From positions 448,869 to 491,762 of the forward strand of contig NMRA01000022.1 of the NCBI GenBank assembly GCA_002633005.1: 42,894 nt of DNA, written 5' to 3'. A program made the translations under genes and the position numbers. The notes beneath the pieces are model-generated. The model ran no database searches, had not been told where the DNA came from, and was given only the letters and a program-made list of their open reading frames with translations. Each line of letters begins with the position of its first letter. Within the stretch, counting starts at the first letter, position 1. The DNA comes from Phoronis australis (Eukaryota; Animalia; Phoronida). Of the stretch, positions 23,557 through 35,200 are shown piece by piece.

Positions 23557-24322
23557 NNNNNNNNNNNNNNNNNNNNNNNNNNNNNNNNNNNNNNNNNNNN
23601 NNNNNNNNNNNNNNNNNNNNNNNNNNNNNNNNNNNNNNNNNNNNNNNNNNNNNNNNNNNNNNNNNNNNNNNNNNNNNNNNNNNNNNNNNNNNNNNNNNNN
23701 NNNNNNNNNNNNNNNNNNNNNNNNNNNNNNNNNNNNNNNNNNNNNNNNNNNNNNNNNNNNNNNNNNNNNNNNNNNNNNNNNNNNNNNNNNNNNNNNNNNN
23801 NNNNNNNNNNNNNNNNNNNNNNNNNNNNNNNNNNNNNNNNNNNNNNNNNNNNNNNNNNNNNNNNNNNNNNNNNNNNNNNNNNNNNNNNNNNNNNNNNNNN
23901 NNNNNNNNNNNNNNNNNNNNNNNNNNNNNNNNNNNNNNNNNNNNNNNNNNNNNNNNNNNNNNNNNNNNNNNNNNNNNNNNNNNNNNNNNNNNNNNNNNNN
24001 NNNNNNNNNNNNNNNNNNNNNNNNNNNNNNNNNNNNNNNNNNNNNNNNNNNNNNNNNNNNNNNNNNNNNNNNNNNNNNNNNNNNNNNNNNNNNNNNNNNN
24101 NNNNNNNNNNNNNNNNNNNNNNNNNNNNNNNNNNNNNNNNNNNNNNNNNNNNNNNNNNNNNNNNNNNNNNNNNNNNNNNNNNNNNNNNNNNNNNNNNNNN
24201 NNNNNNNNNNNNNNNNNNNNNNNNNNNNNNNNNNNNNNNNNNNNNNNNNNNNNNNNNNNNNNNNNNNNNNNNNNNNNNNNNNNNNNNNNNNNNNNNNNNN
24301 NNNNNNNNNNNNNNNNNNNNNN
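23557..24322. other. Assembly gap (766 N)
   Basis: Run of N. Confidence 1.
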
Positions 24323-26663
24323 TCTTGAAGCTGCCGACATTCCAGCCACGGTTTCTGCCGGTCCTTCGAAGCAATTATAGCACATATATACGAATTTTTA
24401 AGAATGGCAAGGGTGCGTTTTGTGTTGACGGAAATGTCCATGGCGTCGAGGAATCTGAGGCATTTAATGATGAACAACTGTTGTGGCTTCATTTGGAAAA
24501 ACACTTAGCAAAACTAACTTCCAAGTATGCATACTGTGGCGGAATTAAGAAATACGATTATGGCAGTGCAAATTGTAGCAGAGCCACAAAGTGTGCTAAA
24601 ATGGTAGAAAAATGGGCATAACATTTCTGTAGAAGATAAAAGGTTGATTGGCGCAGGAGAAGGCCGATGTCTTCAATGCTCAGAAAAATTTCGGCAGGCA
24701 AGAGACGTGCCAAGAAAATGGCACAGTTGAGTCCGGGCATTCTAGAGGAAAGAACTGCAACCAATTCCAGTTATTCGGTGCAACTTCTCTCACCCGACGG
24801 GGTTGTTTCACGATACCGCAACCTCAAACAACGTCAAAGAAACGAAATGCGGAGGGTGAGATATTACAGAGTATTAGTATTTATTCTTGAATACACGTGT
24901 CCACCTCAAAATGAATTTCCCACGGTCATTCTTTATGCCGATAGCAATTTTTTCGTGAACTGAAGAAGAACAGGAATCAGACATCCCGCGCGCTCCGTCT
25001 ATGGTCCTGACACTTCAAACTTTTGTCAACACGATAGGTAGCCGCAGAAAGTTCGATGTTGACCTCATTCTAATCTTCTCTGCAATCCACTGTCAGGGGA
25101 CGAAAACAATCCAAAGTCCGCTCCTCGAAATAAGGCTTGCTTAGCTGGAATTCAGAACTGCGGTCATGAGAGTGTTTTCACCTCCTGATTGCGAAGCGAT
25201 CGAGTTAGCTGTGGTATCTTCATCAGCGCGTGCTCTCAGCGGGAGGTCACCGCTTTATCCACTCGAGCGCTCGACAACAACTAAACAGACGACAGTCTCA
25301 GAACTCTCACATGCAAATTTGATATGCAAATGAGGGAGTACTTGATTACTGCGCCATCTATACATCGACGGAAAAGCTTAAATACCCGTGACTGCGTGTG
25401 GGAAATTGTGATTGCGTGCACTGAAGTCGATATTTTCAAAGTACAATTACACCACTGTTTAAGGTTGCAAAGTGAGTTTTTTGATATCATTCTATAGAAA
25501 AAGCCTTAATCTCTCTGATAAAATTATCTGTTCCCTTTTTAACGAAACTTAAGTCCTGAAATTAGTCCGGGGAAGGAGGCCAAAAACGGCGGTTTAGCTA
25601 GTTGTCCCTTCCTGGTTATCTCTTCCTGCTAATACCTAATTATGAAGCATCAGTAACCCACTGCCAAGGAAACCTTAAATGCCATACAGCTAACTTCAAA
25701 AACAGCCATTTTTCTTCAATTATTTGTGCACTTGCTAAATATTCTTCAAATGCTCCACACTTTACCAAAATAATGTTGTTTGGATGGTGATGCACAGGGT
25801 GCCGGTAAACATACACTGAGAAGCACAACATTTATTAAAGATCCATCAAGCACGATTCGTTAAAACAACAACAAAACTAGAATCTGTTTTATCAGGATCG
25901 CATACAGAACTGAATACAGAAAATCAAATCATTCTTTCAAATAACATGAGAAGTATGGAGGTAGGCATTTAAAATACAAGAGAACAGCAAACAGTTAAAC
26001 AGTTCACCAATCCAATGGAACATTACATTAACATTGTAGGTATACTGTGATATTTCACTCAACTCATTCCTCCCTGATCCCATCATATGGCGTAACTGTT
26101 TGTTTTCACTCGGGGGCAGTTGCCGTCTCAAGGCGTTATCAAAACGGTGCATCTCACAGACCGATCACGCCTTCAGGAGGGATAGAAGGCAGCAATTTAT
26201 TGGCTTAAGTTGAAATATATCTAAGGTATTCCCAGTTTTCTATCCAATGAAGATTGAGACAACATACTCTATTAACTTATTGTTTGTGAAGTTGATGCCT
26301 ATTGGTTGTTATTTCTGAACTTAAGAACCATTTCTTCACAAGCTAATTATTAATTCAAGGAAAAACCAGGAAGCGTCTTAACTTTGTAGTGGTTGTTGCA
26401 GTAACTTTTGAAAGATTATAGAGATGTTCTTCCATGAAACATTGTTTGATTTGAAGACTAGATTGAAACTAATTGCTCTGAATTGGAGCCTAATTGGCAT
26501 TACATAACACTGCTGTAACCACGTAAACAGCTAGGGTGCTCCTGTTTATTTTATTAGAACTGACCAGAAACAATATTAAACAAAATTTTCAATTACTGGG
26601 AACATTTTACTGTCACCAGCACTGTGCATACACTCACTTGAAATATAGCCTTGGTATTACACG

Positions 26664-28591
26664 GATATCATCTCTACTGCTGCTCTCTTGAAGTTTTTAT
26701 TATGGAGGATAGTGCGGATACTGATAGCACAGGATACATTTAGATATAGACTTCAGTGATTATGGATATGAAAGTGTGGATACTGATGGCACTCAGTGGT
26801 CAGATTTATATACAGATTTCAGTGATCTAGATTATAATGAGGATATGCCACACGGAAAACTTTCCCGACATGCTTTCTGGACATTTAAATGGATTATTTG
26901 TAAACGAATGTCTTTGTTTCTGGAAATGAAAAAGTAAAACTACTTGTTCAACCCTTTATCAATACTAAACATGGATAAAATTTATATAACATGAAGCTCA
27001 TTTACTCAAGATGTATTGCTGAAAATATGGTAAGTATATGTTTACTAATGACTGAGTAAAGAGGTTTTAATTATGTGCAGTGCTTCTGACCTATCTGACA
27101 TTCCACAGCACAGCCAGGCCATTAAGCTATTTATACCATATGGCTTACAAGGTCGAATGAGTTAAAAGGTGCATTACTAACAACATAAATTTGAGAATTA
27201 CAAAATAGAGGTCGATTAACTCACAAACTGGTCTAAATTTATCTGGAAATTGCCTTAATAGGTGGTTTCCACCATTAAACAAAACAGATCACCCATGATC
27301 AATTTTAATGGCCTCACTTTAGAAGGATAAACCCACTCAAAATGGACTGTTTTTTACAATAAGTCTTCAACCCGAATCTGATCTGTTTGAGAACTGTGGC
27401 TCGCTTTCTGTAGTAACATGTGGTTGCATAACCTGGTTTATAACGTGTCTTCAGGTGTGAGGGAAATGTCCATTCAAAATCTGAACAAACTTGATTTTCT
27501 GTGCATTCAAGTAAAATTAAAATCTTACCTGCAAATGACCCACATACTATCCCCATAGTTAAACATACCGCAAATGCTCTAAAATAGGGACGTCCCAGAT
27601 TACACAGAGATAGAACTCTCATTTGTCCCAGTTAAAAATCGTGATTTTTTCACGCTGTGTGTCTTGTAATGTCAAGCACATTTTCACAGGTCATGTCTGA
27701 AATCGATGAGGTGTAAGGCCGTGATAATATTCCCAATTTCAACCGTTTAAAATACTGGAATTGAAAACATATCTACAGGAAAAGGGATTCTGTTCAATTC
27801 AATTCAAAATTNGATATCATCTCTACTGCTGCTCTCTTGAAGTTTTTATTATGGAGGATAGTGTGGATACTGATAGCACAGGATACATTTAGATATAGAC
27901 TTCAGTGATTATGGATATGATAGTTTGGATACTGATGGCACTAAGTGGTCTGATTTATATACAGATTTCAGTGATCTAGATTATAATGAGGTCGATTAAC
28001 TCACAAACTGGTCTAAATTTATTTGGAAATTGCCTTAATAGGTGGTTTCCACCATTAAACAAAACAGATCACCCATGATCAATTTTAATGGCCTCACTTC
28101 AGGATAAACCCAATCAAAATGGACTGTTTTTTACAATAAGTCTTCAATCCGAATCTGATCTGTTTGAGAACTGTGGCTCGCTTTCTGTAGTAACATGTGG
28201 TTGCATAACCTGGTTTATAACGTGTCTTCAGGTGTGAGGGAAATGTCCATTCAAAATCTGAACAAACTACTTGATTTTCTGTGCATTCAAGTAAAATTAA
28301 AATCTTACCTGCAAATGACCCACATACTATCCCCATAGTTAAACATACCGCAAATGCTCTAAAATAGGGACGTCCCAGATTACACAGAGATAGAACTCTC
28401 ATTTGTCCCAGTTAAAATTCGCGATGTTTTCAAGCTGTGTGTCTTGTAATGTCAAGCACATTTTCACAGGTCATGTCTGAAATCGATGAGGTGTAAGGCC
28501 GTGATAATATTCCCAATTTCAACCGTTTAAAATACTGGAATTGAAAACAAATCTACAAGAAAAGGGATTCTGTTCAATTCAATTCAAAATT
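26664..28591. repeat. Tandem duplication (26664-27811 / 27813-28591) across a single N; likely assembly artefact
   Basis: Both copies start GATATCATCTCTAC and end CAATTCAAAATT; the first has 369 extra bp. Confidence 0.9.
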
Positions 28592-28757
28592 CAACCAATG
28601 AACTTGCTTCATCCACTCGCTCTGCAGTTTCTTGTCTTAGATTTGTCGGGAAGGCAAGGAACTTAACATGTCACATCCACGGATATTTTTCTATTTGATC
28701 CAACTTTCTGCCATCAGAGTTACAGCCCACAGCACAGCAGGAATATTTCGATGGCAT
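28590..28757 (-). pseudogene. Decayed THAP-type zinc finger N-terminus
   Basis: MPSKYSCCAVGCNS...*HVKFLAFPT, frameshift, DKKLQSEWMKQV..LNF matches THAP C-x4-C...FP...W; contains a stop and a frameshift. Confidence 0.6.
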
Positions 28758-29174
28758 TGGAAGGATGAATAGAGAAATGAAGCCAAGAAAAACTCGTAAA
28801 AAATACAACAACAACAAAGAACATGATTGTGGAACTTCAATGGCGCGAGAACAAGGCAACAAAAGTGCTTGACAGATACTGCAGCATTGTGGGTAAATAC
28901 AGTGAGATTCAAGTGTCATTGTGTAATCCAGGATGGCACTATTCACAGGTACCTGTATCTGCCTCTGTATGGTGCAGGTTGGTTTTAAAAATCACATCTT
29001 TCCACAACCTCCATCTGGACACACTGAATGTTCAAAAGTGCCAGCAAGAAACAAAATATCGACCTCTTTTCGTATGAGGGCCCGATGCACTGACTATTCA
29101 ATATCATCTATTAGCTCCACTTCTCCCTCGATCAGCCAGTCATGAGGGCCCCATACACTGAATGTTTAGTGTAG

Positions 29175-29180
29175 TTTATT
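29175..29180 (-). terminator. Candidate poly(A) signal AATAAA of TRMT112
   Basis: AATAAA begins 2 nt after the TAG stop on the minus strand. Confidence 0.4.
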
Positions 29181-29182
29181 TT

Positions 29183-29284
29183 CTATACTTCATCTTCTTT
29201 CAGCAGCATATTGGGAATTCCATTTGAGATGGGGAACTTCCTGCCAGATTCAGGGCAAACAAGACTTCCTTCTACTACTTCAAC
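29183..29284 (-). CDS. TRMT112: TRMT112 exon 4 with TAG stop
   Basis: ttatag acceptor; [18 protein letters not shown]...DEV*. Confidence 0.97.
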   Translation of the reverse strand, partial: VEVVEGSLVCPESGRKFPISNGIPNMLLKEDEV

Positions 29285-32200
29285 CTATAAAAACAATACA
29301 CACATGTTAAATATAGCATTTTTGCAGACAATAGATGCAATTATTATCTATTATAACAAAAACATCACCATCCATTGTTCAACATTGACTCTGCTCTGGA
29401 TAACTTCTTTGTTTGAAGTAATAAATTAATTTATCATAAACCATAATAAACTTTGAGTGTGAATAAGGAAATACACTCAATGTTTAAGTTCTCCTTTAAC
29501 AAATTATGGAATTAGTTCTTAAATGTATATCGCAAACATTTTAAGTCAGGTCAGCACGCCACCTGTGACCACACTGCGTGACCTAATATAAGTCTGAAAA
29601 GATCTCAGCTGTCCTCTTCAGGACAAGAACGTATACGCCAAGTTTAATAAGCATCCCGAGAGTGGTTTGGCTGATAAAAGAGGCAGATGCAAAAAAAACG
29701 GCTCAAAATCAAATAAAAAAAACAGCCACTAGGTGGTGTACACTGCGTCAAATCCATCCGAAAAAGTAAAGATAGCATTACCTTTTTTATTATAAAAACC
29801 TCTTTACCAAATTTCATTACAGGAGCAACGTGGGACGTTGAAATGTGCCCACAAATGCACCGAAAACGGTGTGCTTCTAGGGTTATTTGTTTCATAAAAA
29901 TGTCCACCAGATGGCGCAAAAACGTCTAATCCATCTGAAAGCGGGAATATGCTATTGTTTCTTTAATAGAAAGCTATTTACCAAATTTCATAAAAATCTG
30001 TCAATGAACTTCAGAGAAACAACGGAAAACGGAAAAAATGAAATTGCCACTATGGGGCACAGCGTTCGGTGGATCTGCCTGAAAGATGGCATCGTCTGTT
30101 GTTACCTTCGTATAAATACAATTACTAAATTGAATAAAGAACCTGCAGTGGTTTTAGGAGATGCAGCTATAGGCGCAAAACAAAACAGAACTACCACTAG
30201 GAGGCGCCACAGTAGTCAAAGTCGTCATCGTCAACTATCCTCTTCACACTGAAAATATGTACACCAATTTTCAAAACCATCCTCAGGATGGTTTGGTTGA
30301 TCGAGGGGTGGACACCAAAAAAATCGAAAACACAAAAAATGGCCAATAGGCGGTGCAAAGTACCTTGACTCCATCAGAAAATGGGAGGATAGCATCATCT
30401 CACCAAAAGATGCCTAAATTCCAAATTTTCTGAAAATCCGTTGAAATACAGAGGTAAACCTAAAAAACAAAAATTGCCACTAGGGGGCATACGGCTAGTC
30501 AGATCTGTCCGAAAGTTGTCGTCATCCGTTGTCAACATCAAATTAATACACTTGCTAAATTTAATAAAGATCCTGCAAATGGTTTAGGAGATACAACCAT
30601 GGGCACAAAAAAACAAAACTGCCACTAGGAGGCTGAACAGTAGTCGAAGTCTTCCAATTGAGGAACGTTACTGTATGCTACGTACACAAAATGTTGCATA
30701 ATAGAGGAGAAGGGGTGTTTTGGCTATAGTCTCTTAGGTGACGTCCACACACAGACATACCCTAGAACAAGTTACTCCTGGAACGAGTTTTTGCTAGCTT
30801 TGAGTGCTGTGTGGACGGTATTAAAACTAGCGCAACTTACCCCACTTGTGACAATTTACTCCACAACTTATTCCACCTTATCTAGGTAAGGCAACTTGTT
30901 CTAGGGTAACTTGCGCTACTTCTAATTCCTGTGTGACAGGCAAACCTGGGGCAAGGTGGAAGTAATTATCAGCTGTGGTTACATACAGACGGGTTTTCTT
31001 TTGCACATCATATTCGCATTAGGTCTCAATTGTCACGCAAACAGAGACAACTTCCACCTTACCCTAGTTATTAGATGTGTGTGTGTGTGTGGATGCTGTA
31101 CTCAAAAGTGGGGTAAGTTGCACTAGTGCAAGTTGTTCTAGGGTAGGCTGTGTGCAGACGAGACTTTTGAGAAACTGGTCCCAGTACTGTAAACACAGTA
31201 TAAAAGCAGATTAATAATTATTAAAAAGATAACATTGTATAGAAATATGACGAAATATAATATTATATTGTGAATTACGTAATATGCTGATTAAAATTAC
31301 AAAACAATTGGTTGGCTACCTCCATTAAGATGTGGTGTGCAGCTTTTAAAAACTCTTCATCTTTTTCATAACCATTCACCACTTCTGTCGGAACGGCATC
31401 AAGGCGACCAACCTGAAAAGCAGTTTTCATCAAGATAACATCGCACAGTAAACCTGAACAGTTTTTGACAAAAAATGGATCCAAGTTATGGGCTTAAAAA
31501 GGAACCCTATTCAATGTCACTTGTCTGCTACCAATTCAATGGGAATACTCCTAGTGCCCTGCAGAGGGCACTGTGTTCCATCCTGTACACTGCAGAACTT
31601 CCTACGTTGCTAACTTCTCCGTTCCCTCTTTCTGACAGCAAAAATAGGAAGTGTTCCTGCTCTGGTGCAGGTTAACATGGACCAGGTTGTGAAAGAAGCT
31701 AGTGTGATCCCTTGACGATGTTTCGCTTTTTCATACATTTTTGCCCTATGCCATTATCTTCGCTGCTCGTTCCCCCCTCCAGTAGTTCGTTTTTACAGTC
31801 CCTGATTTATGATAATTCTCGACTAATTGCATGCAAAAATATCCTCACAATTGTCTTTTCGAAAGCTGATTACCTCGGTATAAATACTGAAAATGTTGTT
31901 AATTGTTGTTTACGATATTTACATGGTCAAGATGTAATAAACCAAAATTCTGTAAATCACTACTTTAGTTGAAAAATTTGTCGAAACAAAATTTCACTTC
32001 CTCATCATACAATGAGTTGAATAGGTGAAGTGCAACCATATTTTCACTCTTTTTCATGTTCTGTTTACCTCTCATTTTTCAACCATTTATACCAACATAA
32101 CATTAAACCCTCATTTCTCAAATCTATTGGCTAATATCAACCTGCACCCTATTTATATTGACAGAGTGTTTCAGTTGGTCATTTTTCCAGTCATACTAAG

Positions 32201-35200
32201 GTGTTACACTCTCTGTAAGTAGAAGATTCCATGGTCAAGTGGTTAAAGCAGTGGAGTGAAAACTAGAAGATCCCCAGTTCAAATCCAGTATTGCCCCAAG
32301 AAAAAATTGCAAAAAACAAGGACTCAACTTTGACCACAATGAGTGTACCACATAGCCCAACCATGCTCATTCATATCTGAGAACGCTATAGGTAGGGATG
32401 GTTGGACAATTGACCGACTGAAAGGAAATGATGATGTGAATAGGCTAGAGGTAGGTGTCAATCAGTGATTTACAAACTTTTTTCAACATAGACCCCCTGG
32501 TGAACTCTGTACCGGTAATCCAATATTAACCTTCTGATGACTTTTCGCGGAACCATAAAATGTTTTTTCAGGGACAGGTCCACAACGTTGCTTACAGGAA
32601 ATCAAGTGAAGGATTCCTTTAAGTTTGTTAAAATACGTTCAATCATTTTGACAATAATGGATGTCGAAGAAATATCTACTAGAATTTCTGTTTCTGTTTC
32701 TGTGGTGACGTCAGAGGGTAGGCACCGAGATAGCCTCTGGCCCTCCTCCTTCCAGTATCGCACGCAATGTAAATTTGGAGATGCAACCAAGTTCGTGTTG
32801 GTTACACACTCTTCGATCTTTTCCCCTGATACGAGTTTTTGCTGCATCTCCGTATTGCCACCCTCGTTCTATGAATTTAAAATGGTCACTACGGGGAGTT
32901 CGAGTAGTAGAATCCCAACCAAAACTTGTCTAGTGTTGGTGAACCCTGAACATACACCTCTGTGTCGAGTTTCACCAAGATTTGTTCGTCTGCTCTCTGA
33001 ATGTTATCCGGAAAGGCTTTTTTAGCAAGGCACAATTTGTCAAAATTAAAATGGCTACTAGGACTAGAGATTGGTTGGTCAAATCTTCAAGAAAATTGAC
33101 TGGTGGCAACACAGTCCCTCAAGTGACAAGTTTGATAAAGATCCATCACTAAGTTCTCTATGTGTCATATAGAAACACATTTTGGCATGAAATACGTTGT
33201 TGGAAACTAAAATGACCACTCAGGGCTGCTGAAGTAAACAAATCCTTCCGAAAATTGCCCAGTGACACAGTGTACTTCTGCCATACACACTGTCAGTCCA
33301 CTGCTTTAACAAGTTTTAACAAAAAATACCGTAAACATTTTGTTAAAACATGTTCAGTTCATTTTCACAATACTTAGTAGTGTACCCAAATGCTAAAATT
33401 GCCACTACTTCGGGAGCATGACTATAGTCAAATCCACTCAAAAACTGACTGGTGCCAGTGTATTTCGGTCTTGAATCTCGGTCAATTTTCACAAAATGTC
33501 TGTCAACAGGTTCTCAGGCATCTAGAAAGTTTAATATTTATGACAAGGAATACCTTGTCAAAAAAGGCCACTAGATGGTGCGAATGAAGTCACATATGTA
33601 AGAAAATGTGTCAAGTTTCATTACAATCTATTGAGTTATTTAGACAATAATCATCAGAGCAAATATAACTTATCAAGACAAAAAATGGTCACAAGGGGGT
33701 GCTGTTGTCGAATCCATCTCAAAATTGACTGAAGCCCATGCAATAAATTCTAGAGTTAATTCAAAAAACATTAATGATATGCAATTTAAACTCATTCTAG
33801 TTCCCTGATGACCACCAAACTATCACCTGAAATTCCATCTGCCTTAAATGATCCGCAGGTTATTATTGACCCTCTGGAAGAACCTATTGACCCCTAGGGT
33901 CGATATCAACCTTTTGCCAACCATTACTGTTCATAGACCAATAGATTTTCGAACTAATATAAAACCACGTCACAGCAGCTTTTGGAAGTTATTACACTGA
34001 TAAAGACTCACAGTGAAGTGTATAGTGTTATAGGAAATAGGAAGAAAAGAGAAATCACAATTAGCTTGAAATACTCACATTGTGGGCTGCCTGCTTAAGG
34101 GCATTCCAGTCAACCCTGGGGATAAGTCTGGCAATAAACTCTGCATTGAAGTCAATCTCTGTTTCCTTCACTTCCTGGGGCTAGAGACGAGAATGTGAAA
34201 ACCAAGCTGAAATATGTTCACTAAGGGGCACAGTGATAGACAAATTATCCGAAAGTTGTTGTCACCTGTCCTCAGATTTATAGGAACACATTTACCAAAT
34301 TGCCAATTGGGGGCACAGTGGCAGTTGGGTCGGTCCAAAACTTATCATCATCTGTCATCTGCTTCACAGGAAAATACCGGGGTACCTGCCAAATTTCAAT
34401 AGGATCCAGTGAGGGGTTTAGGATATACAGTAGCTGATGCCACACGCCAGGGCGTCGGATGGCCAGACAGAGATGACAACAATATGTACTCAGTTACGCA
34501 TTAATGTGGGCCCATCAACATAGCTTAACTGGTGACAAACTTTTCATCGAGGGTATGTTGCGGTGTCTAAAGCTGATGTAATTGCAGTCTCTATTTCAGT
34601 TCCCAAAATCTTGAACTCACCATTTTTATACTGCGCACGCTCCAATTTTTACCGCACTCGCTAGGTGATGTGACTTCATGACCTAAATCTTTAAATAGGC
34701 CAAAGGTGAGCCATTGCAGTCCAAATGTCCATTTCCAAAATGCCCCCACTACTTGTCATTAATTGGCGTTACTTGAAACTGATTGCATTTCAATGAATTA
34801 TTGTTTGTATTTGGTAAAAATAAATGCTGTTGATATGACATTTAATAGCCTTTGTGCACATATTTGACATTTTAATGTTTAACAACACGGCAAATGCACG
34901 GCTGGTTCCCGGCAGCACGTACGCAGAGGGTGGGGACTTCAGCTTTCAAAGTTCACTGGTAGGACCGCAACTTCTGACCTTCGGCCTGGTTAAAAGAATG
35001 AGGTCATATCTCTTGGCGTGTGCCAAGTGAAAATGGTGAGTTCACGATTTTGGGAACTGAAATAGAGACTGCTCCAAGAAAAAGTTTGATAACGGGAGTA
35101 TTTGTTCGAGTTCGAAGGAATTAAACACATCGACAACCTCCTAAGGTGTTCTTCTATGCGCAAAAGGTATTTATACACAATGTGACTTTGATGTTTTAGT

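Noticed and set aside
23461-24621. Long ORFs of 260-368 aa in the ORF track
   Set aside because: They consist mostly of X from the N gap.
27314-28402. Two near-identical 102-aa ORFs as a gene pair
   Set aside because: They arise from the N-joined duplication and show no recognisable domain.
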